This document shows, one piece after another, positions 39,414-48,953 of a DNA stretch of 64,000 bases. The translations under genes were made by a program, and so were the position numbers. The first letter of the stretch is position 1; each line of letters opens with the position of its first letter. The notes below the pieces were generated by a model. That model was given only the letters and a program-made list of their open reading frames with translations, did no database searches and was not told the DNA's origin. The DNA comes from a candidate division Hyd24-12 bacterium UBA6080 (GTDB lineage: Bacteria; Fermentibacterota; Fermentibacteria; Fermentibacterales; JCC-6), in the NCBI GenBank assembly GCA_002436025.1, contig DIXM01000002.1:727164-791163 (forward strand). The letters run 5' to 3'.

Positions 39414-39836
39414 TCAGAACTCAACGCCTTCCGACCATTTCACAGACTCCAGAACTATCCACACCCCGTCGGGGGAGGGCTGGTGCATGAATACGGCTTC
39501 ACTGTAACCGTCCCGTTCCCATTGAAGGTGTCTTATCACCCGGCCCTCTGTTGATGGATCATCGGGCGGGTAGGTGTTGTGAACCTCGATGAAGAACTCG
39601 GAAAGGGTTTCACCGGCGTGGAGAGTGATGTCCTGGCTGAAATCCGGCTCGCCCAGAACTCCAACAACCTCTGCCTCAGTCATCCCGTGCAGTCCGGTCA
39701 TCTCGGCCACACCGACGAAGGCGCTGTCGGATTTGCTGCCCCATGTTGCCGCAGTCGCGGCATCGGAACCGTTCCCGCCGCTGACTCCGCAACCCGCCAG
39801 AACGAGGGGAAGTATGATCACTGAAGACCTGCGCAT
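39414..39836 (-). CDS. Hypothetical lipoprotein
   Basis: MRRSSVIILPLVLAGC lipobox. Confidence 0.4.
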   Translation of the reverse strand: MRRSSVIILPLVLAGCGVSGGNGSDAATAATWGSKSDSAFVGVAEMTGLHGMTEAEVVGVLGEPDFSQDITLHAGETLSEFFIEVHNTYPPDDPSTEGRVIRHLQWERDGYSEAVFMHQPSPDGVWIVLESVKWSEGVEF

Positions 39837-39958
39837 GAAATGCTTCCTTTCTCCCGTTGAAAAACTGATGATAGGGGGGTTCCTTCCTTCAGTCAACATG
39901 CCGGGAAATGGTACCGTTCACGCTGGATCAAACAACGGAGGCTGCTCTTTTGAAAAGT

Positions 39959-41011
39959 ATGCAAATCATTGTAATACATGCTATTACTGCAGGAGCGTGT
40001 TTCGGGCAGGTCCTCGACATCTGCGAGGCCCAGGGCAATGGAGCCTGGCTTGCGGTGCAGAGCGTTACCGACCTTGAGGAAATCTCAACAGCGTGTCTTT
40101 ACCTGGTGGAAGACGGGGAAGCCATTCTGGTGGACTCTCTGGGAACCGTAAGGTCCGATGCCGCTCATTGCCGCCTCATCCCTCGCGCGGAAGGCGGGTG
40201 CTTCTCGGCCACATCCACTGGAACCGGCTACACAGCCATCTCACTGAGGGCGTACTCACCCGAAGGCACTGTGGAATGGGAGCTGGTTGAGGACGGTGAT
40301 TGCTACGACGCCCCCTGCGGGCTGCTTGAAACGGTTGACGGGGGAGTGCTTATGCTCTGGGATTCCTGGTCAACCAGCCGTGGACTCTGGGTGATGAAAG
40401 TGTCGAGTGCGGGCGAGCCGGTCTGGAAAACATTCGCCATTCCAACCCTGCACCCTTTCTACACGGCTTTCTGCGCCCACGGGGATGACGGGTGCCTTGT
40501 TGCGGCGGCTGTCGTAGCTGTCGGGGGTGATTTCGCGATGACAGCCCTTGATCCCACGGGCGACGAAACCGAAATGTGGAGCGTCGGCGTTCTGGAAAAC
40601 CTGGGCGCGTCAACACCGATGGGTGTCCGGAGCTCCGATGAGGGAGTGATCTCCGTCTGGGCCGACACCCCAGTTCCTGAAAACCTCGACGACCTCATCG
40701 TCATTCGTGACCATTCCGACTCCCTGGATTCGTGGAGTTACTCGCTTGACTCGCTCTCTGGCGCCGAACTCCTGGAGGCTGTGGACGGGGGATTCATCGC
40801 TGCAGGAGGAGAGGACACCCCGTGGGTCTGCGCCACCGACATGACTGGAACGGTTATCTGGCATCACATGTTCGAAACGGAATTCGTTCCCGTGGCCATG
40901 GATTCAGGGAACGGCTTCATCTTCGTGGCAGGTGAATGTGAAAATGGCTTTTTCGCCGCTTGCGTGGAACCGGCGGGCGGTGAGGTCTGGTCAGTGCTCC
41001 AGAACCGGTGA
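39959..41011 (+). CDS. Hypothetical secreted protein (repeat/propeller-like)
   Basis: Signal peptide MQIIVIHAITAGACFGQ. Confidence 0.35.
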   Translation: MQIIVIHAITAGACFGQVLDICEAQGNGAWLAVQSVTDLEEISTACLYLVEDGEAILVDSLGTVRSDAAHCRLIPRAEGGCFSATSTGTGYTAISLRAYSPEGTVEWELVEDGDCYDAPCGLLETVDGGVLMLWDSWSTSRGLWVMKVSSAGEPVWKTFAIPTLHPFYTAFCAHGDDGCLVAAAVVAVGGDFAMTALDPTGDETEMWSVGVLENLGASTPMGVRSSDEGVISVWADTPVPENLDDLIVIRDHSDSLDSWSYSLDSLSGAELLEAVDGGFIAAGGEDTPWVCATDMTGTVIWHHMFETEFVPVAMDSGNGFIFVAGECENGFFAACVEPAGGEVWSVLQNR

Positions 41012-42436
41012 TCAGGGCATGTCACCCGATCCGTAAAGCTCTTTAAGGCACTCGGGACAGATGCTGTGGGAGAACTCGGTCTCCGAGTGCTTCGAGATGT
41101 ACGACTCGATCTGCTCCCAGTAACCGCTGTCATCCCTGATCTTCTTGCAGTGAGAGCAGATGGGGAGCATTCCCTGCAACCTGCGGACATGCTCAAGGGC
41201 CTGTGACAGCTCTTCGTTCTTCTTTTCCAGTTCAACATTCTTGAGCCGGTATATCTCCGACTCCTGCTCTTTCCGCTCTGTTTCGTACTGCACCTGAAGC
41301 TCCGCGATCCTCTGAAGGTTTTCCCGGTTCAGGTGTTCTTCCTGTTTCGCCTTCAGCTCCCTGGCAACTGCCAGGGCTTTTCCGAGTTCACCCCTTGCCT
41401 CGTGAAGGTTCATCATCTCCTCGAGGCAGTCGATCGTCATCTTGGAAAGGCCTATGGATTCGCATATCTCCATTGACCTCAGGATCGATTCCTCAGCCTC
41501 GGAGTGCTTTCCAAGAAGAACAAGAACACCGCCCCTTCGGCACAAAGCATACGCTGAACCTCGTTTGTAGTCAGTGTCGTCACTGAGCGCGATGCTTTTC
41601 GAATAGAAGTCAAGCGCCGATTCGAGATTGCCGGCCTGTTTCTGAAGGTCGCCGATAAGGCCAAGCGTTCCTGCAGCATTCTTCTTCTGACCTGTCTCAA
41701 GCCGTATCTCAAGGGCTCTCCCAAGGCAGTCCATGGCCTTTACGAGTTCGTTCCTCTCCTTGTGGACCGCACCAATGTTGTTGTAAATGAACGCTATCTT
41801 GGCGCGGTCGCCGGACGCTTCCCAGACTCCACGGACGAACTCGAAAGCCGACTCAGCCCTGTCCAGTTCCTTCTGGCTCAGGTAGCACGAACCTATGTTG
41901 TAGTAGGAATGTGCAAGGACATCGGGGCTGGCGCCGTACCCCTGTTTTGTGTGAAGCGAGGCAATGTACTGCTCCAGGGCTTTCTCCACCGATCCCATGT
42001 TCCAGAAGATGTTCCCTATTGTTCCCTGGGCCGAGGCAATGCCCTTCGGATTACCTATCCTTTCGGAAAGCTTCAGTGAGCTTCGACAGAATGCCATGGC
42101 GTCGGGGTAGTTCCCGGTATCAAGCTTGATGACGCCCAGTGTCAGAAGGCTTTGGGCAAGAGCCTCGTCAAGACCGAGCCTTTCCGCAAGGTTCCTGGCC
42201 TCGGAGGCGTAAGCTTCAGCCTTTTCCGAGGGCAGGTAGTAAAGACCGTTGTAGGCAAGGTCGTTCAGAACCCTTACGAGCTCATCACCCGCAGGCTCTG
42301 CCCGCAGTGACTCAAGCTTTGCCTCAAGCTCAGAAAGCTCTTCCCGGTTCACAAGACCTCCCAGTGGTGAGAACGATCCCTGATGATACCGGAGAGTTTT
42401 CCTCAGGGGCAACAGGGAAAGAGAACTGATCATCAA
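41012..42436 (-). CDS. TPR-repeat protein with coiled-coil and C-terminal Cys4 zinc-ribbon-like module
   Basis: Multiple TPR units (YYNIGSCY, AFIYNNIGAV, etc.). C-terminal LPICSHCKKIRDDSGYWEQIESYISKHSETEFSHSICPECLKELYG (CxxC...CxxC). Confidence 0.5.
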   Translation of the reverse strand: MMISSLSLLPLRKTLRYHQGSFSPLGGLVNREELSELEAKLESLRAEPAGDELVRVLNDLAYNGLYYLPSEKAEAYASEARNLAERLGLDEALAQSLLTLGVIKLDTGNYPDAMAFCRSSLKLSERIGNPKGIASAQGTIGNIFWNMGSVEKALEQYIASLHTKQGYGASPDVLAHSYYNIGSCYLSQKELDRAESAFEFVRGVWEASGDRAKIAFIYNNIGAVHKERNELVKAMDCLGRALEIRLETGQKKNAAGTLGLIGDLQKQAGNLESALDFYSKSIALSDDTDYKRGSAYALCRRGGVLVLLGKHSEAEESILRSMEICESIGLSKMTIDCLEEMMNLHEARGELGKALAVARELKAKQEEHLNRENLQRIAELQVQYETERKEQESEIYRLKNVELEKKNEELSQALEHVRRLQGMLPICSHCKKIRDDSGYWEQIESYISKHSETEFSHSICPECLKELYGSGDMP

Positions 42437-42635
42437 ACCAAAAATGCATTCAATAAAGAAGTATACATAATTATATCAAAGTATTGTAACTATTAATTGA
42501 AAATAATACCTACACCCTCACACAGATCCAAGCTGCATCCAGTTTGTAACCCTGTCTGATGAGAAGAAGATGGAAGTGGTGAAATGGAGACCAGAAATCG
42601 ACATATCAAATAGATGTGTCGCGTGCATCGACAGG

Positions 42636-43088
42636 TTATACGTTGCCTCTCTTGAGCAGTTCAAGCAGTGACAGATTAAGAAAAATGCGCTCACGGCCGA
42701 TGATTTCACTGGTGAGTATGCCGGCATCCTCAAGGGATCTGAGGTAAAAAGCTGCGGTTTGGCGTTTGGCTATCCCCGCCTGGACCAAGAAAGCGATCTT
42801 GCAGTATGGCTGGTAGAAGAGCAGTTCTACAAGCTCTTTGGAGTAGACCTTTGGAACCTCACTGCGCACTCGGGCAATGGTTGCATCCAGAAGATCGCGA
42901 ATGTCGAGAATCATCATTCTTGTCCATATGGCAGTTTCTTCAACACCACGAAGTATAAATGTAACCCATGCTTCCCGGGATTGCTGGAAGGTGACCTCTC
43001 TAACCCCATATCTTGATTTCACAGAAAGAATACGGGCACAGCCCTGAAGTAGGTGATTGAAACCTGAACATGATGTGAAGCATAGCAT
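42636..43088 (-). pseudogene. Truncated Fic/DOC family protein remnant (C-terminal half only; Fic motif missing)
   Basis: EAWVTFILRGVEETA and C-terminal winged-helix-like ELVELLFYQPYCKIAFLVQAGIAKRQTAAFYL resemble the region after HPFx[DE]GNGR in Fic proteins. No upstream coding capacity (neighbour gene starts at 43118). Embedded in an AT-rich patch. Confidence 0.4.
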
Positions 43089-43117
43089 TGTTTTCCTGAA
43101 ACTCCCTTGCCATAATC

Positions 43118-44275
43118 ATGCGGTTTGGCGCCGAAGAAACCCGGGACGGAGGCATGATGAACACTTCGCATCTTTATCAGGAACCGATTGCGGGTCTGGT
43201 CGGGTTGACGGATTTCACGAACAGGTGGCAGGCTGTTCTGGATTCCTACAGGGACAAAAAATACAGGGACACCATCATCAACTTCCTTCACTACCTTGAT
43301 CCCGGGGTGGTGGACAAGTACGGTGGCGCTGACAAGAGCGAGTTTGCCATTCCCCATGGCTCGACGATCATCAACATCTCGATAACGGATTCCAGAGTAA
43401 GGATCAGCGCGCCCTTTCTCCGCGTACCCGAGAAAAGGGTCAACGCCCTGCTCAGGCAGCTCACCGAGATCAACTTCTCCGTTCTGTTCCTCAGCCAGAT
43501 CGTGCTGGAAGACGGAAATCTCCACTTCAGGGTCGAGTTTCCCCTCGAGCTCTGCGAACCGTACAAGCTCTACGACATCTTCTGGGAGATCTGCGTGAAC
43601 GCCGATCACTACGACGATCTGTTCATTGAAAAGTTCCAGGCCGAAAGGATCTACACACCGAAGATCACAAGGTACTCCACCAAGGAGCTTGAAGGGTTCC
43701 ATGAGGGGTTTCTCAGTCATGTGAATGAAGGTCTCGAATACCTTCACTACTTCAGGGACAACCGCTGGTACGACATGGGCGTTGAATCAGGGCTCATTTC
43801 ACTGATGAAGATCAACTGCATCTTCTCCCCGAAGGGTTTCCTGAGCAATGAGATCGGGAACGCGATAGGCGCCTCCTACGGAAAAACCCCTCCCGCCGAG
43901 AGGCTCGACAATCAGTGCGCCTTCTTCGAGAAGCTGAAAGCGCTCCCCCTAGAGAAGTTCGCGGACTCGATCTACAGGACCGAAAGCCTCATCTCGGTCA
44001 GGAAACACGCCTTCCTCCCGGGCATAAAGACTGAGCTCGAGAACTATTTCACAAACGCCGAGAAGGACATATCCTCCTCCGCCTTCATGAGCGCGGTGAT
44101 CTTCCTTCTTTACGACATCTACAGCCTTTACAACAGGTTTCTCATTCCCAGGACCCTGGAGGAGATCCTAAGCGGCGGTCTGCGCGCGGCCTCGGGAAAG
44201 GACTGGCAGACAGCGGCTCAGGAGCTATTCAAGGCAGTGTCGACCGTTATGCAACTCCAACCCTCATCGGAGTAA
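43118..44275 (+). CDS. Hypothetical protein, possible YbjN-like N-terminal domain
   Basis: 385 aa, no confident family; immediately upstream of the protease gene (4-nt gap). Confidence 0.3.
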   Translation: MRFGAEETRDGGMMNTSHLYQEPIAGLVGLTDFTNRWQAVLDSYRDKKYRDTIINFLHYLDPGVVDKYGGADKSEFAIPHGSTIINISITDSRVRISAPFLRVPEKRVNALLRQLTEINFSVLFLSQIVLEDGNLHFRVEFPLELCEPYKLYDIFWEICVNADHYDDLFIEKFQAERIYTPKITRYSTKELEGFHEGFLSHVNEGLEYLHYFRDNRWYDMGVESGLISLMKINCIFSPKGFLSNEIGNAIGASYGKTPPAERLDNQCAFFEKLKALPLEKFADSIYRTESLISVRKHAFLPGIKTELENYFTNAEKDISSSAFMSAVIFLLYDIYSLYNRFLIPRTLEEILSGGLRAASGKDWQTAAQELFKAVSTVMQLQPSSE

Positions 44276-44278
44276 GCC

Positions 44279-45367
44279 ATGGCAGACCTCGATCATGTTT
44301 TTCAGCTAGTATTCAAGATCAAGACATCCAGGGGCAGCGGATCGGGATTCTTCTCGAAAAAACACGGCGTGATAATCACGAATCACCATGTGATTGACGG
44401 CGAGCGTGAGGTGGCCGTCGAGAACGCATGCAACAGCGCCATGAAAGCCGAAGTCATCCTGGTCTCCCCAAAGTACGACCTCGCCTTCCTCAGACCCTCA
44501 CGGAGCATCGAAGCTCCCGAGATAAGCTTCTCCAATGTTGAAGACCTGAAGGTGATGGACAAGGTTCTCGTTCTGGGCTACCCCTTCGGATACCCGTTCA
44601 ACGTGACCGAGGGAATAGTCTCGAGCGTGAGGCAGCTGGTGAACGGGCAGTACTACATCCAGACCGATGCCGCTATCAACCCCGGCAACAGCGGCGGCCC
44701 TATGATCCTTCCCGATGGCAGTGTCATCGGGATCACCACGTGCAAGCTCAACGAGGCCGAGAACATGGGTTTCTCGCTGCCGGCCGACATGATCGGCCGC
44801 GAACTTGGTCTTCTGGAGCGCAGGCAGCCCACCGCCTACTCCGTAAGATGCCCTTCATGCAGCGCCCTGCTCGAGCAGGAGGACGAGTACTGCGAGAACT
44901 GCGGCGTAAGCCTTGACTTGAAAAAGCTTTTCGGAAAGACCCCGATGACGGGATTTTCGGTCTTTGCCGAAGAGGCCATCGAAAAGATGGGGATCGACCC
45001 CGTGCTGACAAGGAACGGTTACGAGTTCTGGGAGTTTCACAAGGGCAGCGCTCTCATAAGGATCTTCGTTTACAGGTCGAGTTACCTTACGGTTACATGC
45101 CCCCTGGTCAAGCTTCCCACCGAGAACCTCACCGAGCTTTACAGATACCTTCTGAGCGATCCCATTAAGCCCTACGTGCTTGGAGTGCACGACGGCATCG
45201 TGTACATCTCGTACCGGGCGCACCTTTCGGACATCGGTTCAAGCCATGCCGGGAGCATAAGGGATTGCATCGTGAACATGACGGCAGCCGCCGACGAACT
45301 GGACAAACTCCTTGTGGAGAGGTTCGGATGCGAGCTCTCCGACGAGGCCGATAAGAGGGCGGTCTGA
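44279..45367 (+). CDS. Trypsin-like serine protease (S1 family) with zinc-ribbon and C-terminal YbjN-like region
   Basis: ITNHHVI (His), D, and GNSGGPM (Ser) catalytic triad context; RCPSCSALLEQEDEYCENCG zinc ribbon. Confidence 0.65.
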   Translation: MADLDHVFQLVFKIKTSRGSGSGFFSKKHGVIITNHHVIDGEREVAVENACNSAMKAEVILVSPKYDLAFLRPSRSIEAPEISFSNVEDLKVMDKVLVLGYPFGYPFNVTEGIVSSVRQLVNGQYYIQTDAAINPGNSGGPMILPDGSVIGITTCKLNEAENMGFSLPADMIGRELGLLERRQPTAYSVRCPSCSALLEQEDEYCENCGVSLDLKKLFGKTPMTGFSVFAEEAIEKMGIDPVLTRNGYEFWEFHKGSALIRIFVYRSSYLTVTCPLVKLPTENLTELYRYLLSDPIKPYVLGVHDGIVYISYRAHLSDIGSSHAGSIRDCIVNMTAAADELDKLLVERFGCELSDEADKRAV

Positions 45368-45654
45368 CCGGGCACCAGGGGAGAGCGCATTCGTCGGGCC
45401 AGTTCGTATGGTATTGGTTACCAAAGTATTGTTTTGTTCAGTCCCTGCATTGTTCACAATGTGCATTCGAAATGCAATATTGCATGCAAGGTTCCTGATC
45501 CCGGGCTGCACATTCTTTCCCCGCAGCCGTAGTGATCACGCTGGTTGTATGGGAGGACTGGAGGACAATTGAAGGCTGGTCAGTTCCCGAACGCATCTGC
45601 GTACATGGCCAGGCGGCTCCCGGCAGTAAACGACAGCCCTGAAGGGATGATGCA

Positions 45655-47910
45655 ATGAGAAGCATGCTTTTTGCTTTGATATGCACTTTGCCCTGCGTTG
45701 CGGGAGAGGTTCTCTACCGCAATGCGGATGCGCTTCCCGAAGCCTGCATACTGGATTCCGACGGGGGCTCCATGACGATCAGGTTTGACCTGCCTGCAAT
45801 CATCGGGTCAACCGGGGATGTTGGCGTTTTCGGTTCTGGAACGACCCTTCGTGTTCCGGGATGGGGAATTCTCGCGGAGGCTGGCTGCCCCGATCTGCCG
45901 GTGCTCAGGAAGCTGGTCATGGTCCCTAACACATGCGGGGTGAGCCTTCAGGTGATCGAGGAGACCACGACCAGCCTCGGAGTCTTCAGAATTCCCCCTT
46001 TCCAGAAGCCCGGACTGAGATCCGGCGGGACCGTTCCCTACGAACAGGACCTGGCAGTCTACGGATCGGTTGGTCCTTTCCCTTCGGGATGCGCGTTCCT
46101 TGAGGGCGTGCATGTGCTGCGGGACATAAGGGTCGCGACAGTCAGGTTCCAGCCCGTCAGGTACGATCCCCTGTCAGGCGAGGCGACGATAGTGACATCG
46201 GCCACCGTCAGGCTGACATTCGGAGGATCAGGCCAGAACGAGCTGAACCGGTCGTTCCAGGGCACGACCCCGGGTTTCATGCCTTTGTACGGCGGAGTTC
46301 TCGGGTATGAGCCCACCGGTCCGTTCCTCGCCGGCTCCTATCTGTTCATCGGAACCGATGAAAGCCTTGATGCGATCGAGCCGCTGGTCAATTGGAAAAG
46401 ACAGAGGGGCTACCGGGTGTTCCTTGGGACGGTGCCAGAGATCGGGTCAAACGCTGAGATGGTAGATAACTGGATCGAAATGGCCTTCATGAACTGGGAG
46501 TACCCGCCGGAATGGATCCTCATCGCAGGAGGAGAGGACCTGGTGCCCGTACCGCTTCACGATGGGTTCGCATCCGACAACATCTACGGAGTCATTGGAA
46601 CGGAGACAAGCGTGCCCTCCATTCACGTCGGCAGGATTACCGGATCCCTTTTGGACCTCCAGTACCAGGCATGGAAGATCCTGCAGCATGAAGCCGATCC
46701 CTTCGAGCCAGGCGAAGTGAGCTGGTTCCAGAAGGCTGTCACCATCGGGTCAAGTGATGCTCTTGATCCGCTGCACTCCTGGGAGCACACGCAGATGTTC
46801 ATGGAACACGGCATCGCCGTTGACTACTACTGCGATGATCCGATGTACGGCGGAACACCTCCATCAATCGAGGCCATTTCAGCGAACATCAATGAGGGAA
46901 GGACCATAGTCGACTACATCGGGCATGGTTGGGAGCAGGGATGGGGTACATCCGGTTTTTCGATCACTGATGTCGCCGCCCTGTCCAATGGCCGAATGCT
47001 TCCGTGGGTGTTCTCGATAGCCTGCAGCAACGCAACCTTCATGAATGGTTACTGTTTCGGCGAGGCCTGGATGACCGAGGGTGAGATGACCGAACCGCAG
47101 GGCGGCCTTGGCTTCATGGGTGCCACCACCGGGAGCCCTTTCGGCCCCACGGATTCTCTTGCAGAATACACCTGGCGCGGCTACTTCGAACTCGAAATCC
47201 ACCACATGGGCGCGGCGGTCGACTACGGCAAGCTGAAGGTCGAGGAGTTCTACGGAGTCGAGAACTATGGCAACAACTGGATGCACATGGTGTTCGGATG
47301 TCCCGAGGTCGACATATACTCCGATACTTCCCCGATCGCACTGCTGGATGCGAGCCACAGCCCCAATATCTGGAGCGGTTCCTGGCCGGTGAACGTCAGC
47401 ACGGTTGGCGGGGACCCGGTTGAGGCCGCTCTGGTCGGGGTGGTCCAGGGCGATGAGCTGCTCGGAGCAGGATACTCTGACAGCAACGGCTTCCTGCAAC
47501 TCGACATCCCCGAGCTGCCATACGGCGGCTCCATGGAGGCGATCCTCACGGTTACGGCTCACAACCTCAGGCCTTACACGGCAAACCTCGACCCCGCACC
47601 CGAGGGGTTTGAAGAGGGGGAGGGAACGGCACTCTTCCTCGCCCCGGTGCTTCCCAACCCGTTTTCGGCCATAACGTCCATCTCCTTCGGTCTGCCCGGG
47701 GCCTCTCAGTGCAACCTTTCCATCTTCGACATCTCCGGGAGACTGGTGCGTACGCTGTTCGAGGGGAGCCTCCCGGGAGGAAGTCAAAGCATTGTCTGGG
47801 ATGGACGTACCGGATCGGGAAGTTCCTGCCCGGACGGCATCTACTTCATCCGGCTGCATACTCCGAACGCGACTCTTGTGGAGAGGGCTGTGCGGCTGGG
47901 CTCAAACTAG
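45655..47910 (+). CDS. Gingipain-like cysteine peptidase (C25 family) with C-terminal T9SS/FlgD-Ig-like sorting domain
   Basis: Signal peptide MRSMLFALICTLPCVAG. YIGHGWEQGW and FSIACSNATF catalytic His/Cys context. C-terminus NPFSAITSISFGLPGASQCNLSIFDISGRLVRTLFEG...GIYFIRL matches the T9SS CTD pattern. Confidence 0.7.
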   Translation: MRSMLFALICTLPCVAGEVLYRNADALPEACILDSDGGSMTIRFDLPAIIGSTGDVGVFGSGTTLRVPGWGILAEAGCPDLPVLRKLVMVPNTCGVSLQVIEETTTSLGVFRIPPFQKPGLRSGGTVPYEQDLAVYGSVGPFPSGCAFLEGVHVLRDIRVATVRFQPVRYDPLSGEATIVTSATVRLTFGGSGQNELNRSFQGTTPGFMPLYGGVLGYEPTGPFLAGSYLFIGTDESLDAIEPLVNWKRQRGYRVFLGTVPEIGSNAEMVDNWIEMAFMNWEYPPEWILIAGGEDLVPVPLHDGFASDNIYGVIGTETSVPSIHVGRITGSLLDLQYQAWKILQHEADPFEPGEVSWFQKAVTIGSSDALDPLHSWEHTQMFMEHGIAVDYYCDDPMYGGTPPSIEAISANINEGRTIVDYIGHGWEQGWGTSGFSITDVAALSNGRMLPWVFSIACSNATFMNGYCFGEAWMTEGEMTEPQGGLGFMGATTGSPFGPTDSLAEYTWRGYFELEIHHMGAAVDYGKLKVEEFYGVENYGNNWMHMVFGCPEVDIYSDTSPIALLDASHSPNIWSGSWPVNVSTVGGDPVEAALVGVVQGDELLGAGYSDSNGFLQLDIPELPYGGSMEAILTVTAHNLRPYTANLDPAPEGFEEGEGTALFLAPVLPNPFSAITSISFGLPGASQCNLSIFDISGRLVRTLFEGSLPGGSQSIVWDGRTGSGSSCPDGIYFIRLHTPNATLVERAVRLGSN

Positions 47911-47960
47911 TTGCCGAATCAACGGGGCTGGGTATTTGCACGTTCATCCCCGAGAGAACA

Positions 47961-47991
47961 CAGAAGGGGGGGCCGACCTCCCCCCTTTTTC
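47961..47991 (+). terminator. Rho-independent terminator (G7/C6 stem + TTTTT) after the C25 peptidase gene
   Basis: aaGGGGGGGccgacctCCCCCCttttt. Confidence 0.7.
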
Positions 47992-48218
47992 AAACACTCC
48001 GCGCTTGTTCCCCGGCATTCCTGTTCGAGAGCCATTGACAAGCCTCTGTTTCCTGAAAAGAATCCGACCATTCCGCTAAGGAAAGGACGATATGCTGACA
48101 GCCTTTCGAAGATGAGTTGACGGTGCGCTGTTCTGGTGGAACAGCATGTACGCAACAAGGGTTTCGGGGGCTTTCGTGAGATAGGTATCCCCCGGAGCTC
48201 AAACCGGGGGAGGGTTTT

Positions 48219-48953
48219 GTGAAAACTGCCTTTGTTCTTTGCCTGCTGCTCATGTCTGCAGCGGTTGCCGGTGATCTCTGGGGTTCAGCCGACCTGACGG
48301 CTAGAAGCAGCTACATTTTCCGGGGCGTGGTGTATGTTGACGCGCCTGTTCTTGAGCCTTCGGCTTCCCTTGGCATTTCCGGTTTCAGTACGACCCTGTG
48401 GGGGAGCATGGAGATCACGGATGAAAACGACTACGGGGACGAATACGGGACTGCCCAGGGGGAGTTCACCGAGGTCGACCTGATCCTTGACTACACCCGT
48501 GACTTCGGTCCGTTCTGGGCGTATACAGGCATCGGCAAGTACTGGTACCCGAACACGGGTTATGAGAGTTCCTCCGAGTTCTACCTTTCGGTTGGACCCA
48601 ATACGATCCTGTCGCCCGCACTGAACCTGTATCGGGACCTGGAGCAGTCCGAGGGGATGTACGGCTCCATCTCTCTGTCACAGGCAATACCTGTCGGCTG
48701 CCTTGAGCCCTCTTTGGGTTTGAAGCTCGGATATGGCAACCGCAGGCACAACATGGCCATGTACGGTGTGGACAAGGGTTCCATTGCGGACCTCACGGTA
48801 GACCTGGCGGTTCCCTTCAGCGTATCCGGTTCGGTCACCGTTACACCATCAGTGGAATTCACGACCCTGCCCGACGGAGAGATCAGTGACACCTTTGAGG
48901 AATCAACCCACTTCCGGGGCGGGCTTTCCGTCACATGGGGGTTCCTTCCATGA
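48219..48953 (+). CDS. TorF/Gcw_chp-like putative outer-membrane beta-barrel protein
   Basis: Signal peptide, YIFRGVVY...LEPSASLGISGFSTTLWGSM pattern of the TorF family, ends ...VTWGFLP. Confidence 0.5.
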   Translation: MKTAFVLCLLLMSAAVAGDLWGSADLTARSSYIFRGVVYVDAPVLEPSASLGISGFSTTLWGSMEITDENDYGDEYGTAQGEFTEVDLILDYTRDFGPFWAYTGIGKYWYPNTGYESSSEFYLSVGPNTILSPALNLYRDLEQSEGMYGSISLSQAIPVGCLEPSLGLKLGYGNRRHNMAMYGVDKGSIADLTVDLAVPFSVSGSVTVTPSVEFTTLPDGEISDTFEESTHFRGGLSVTWGFLP

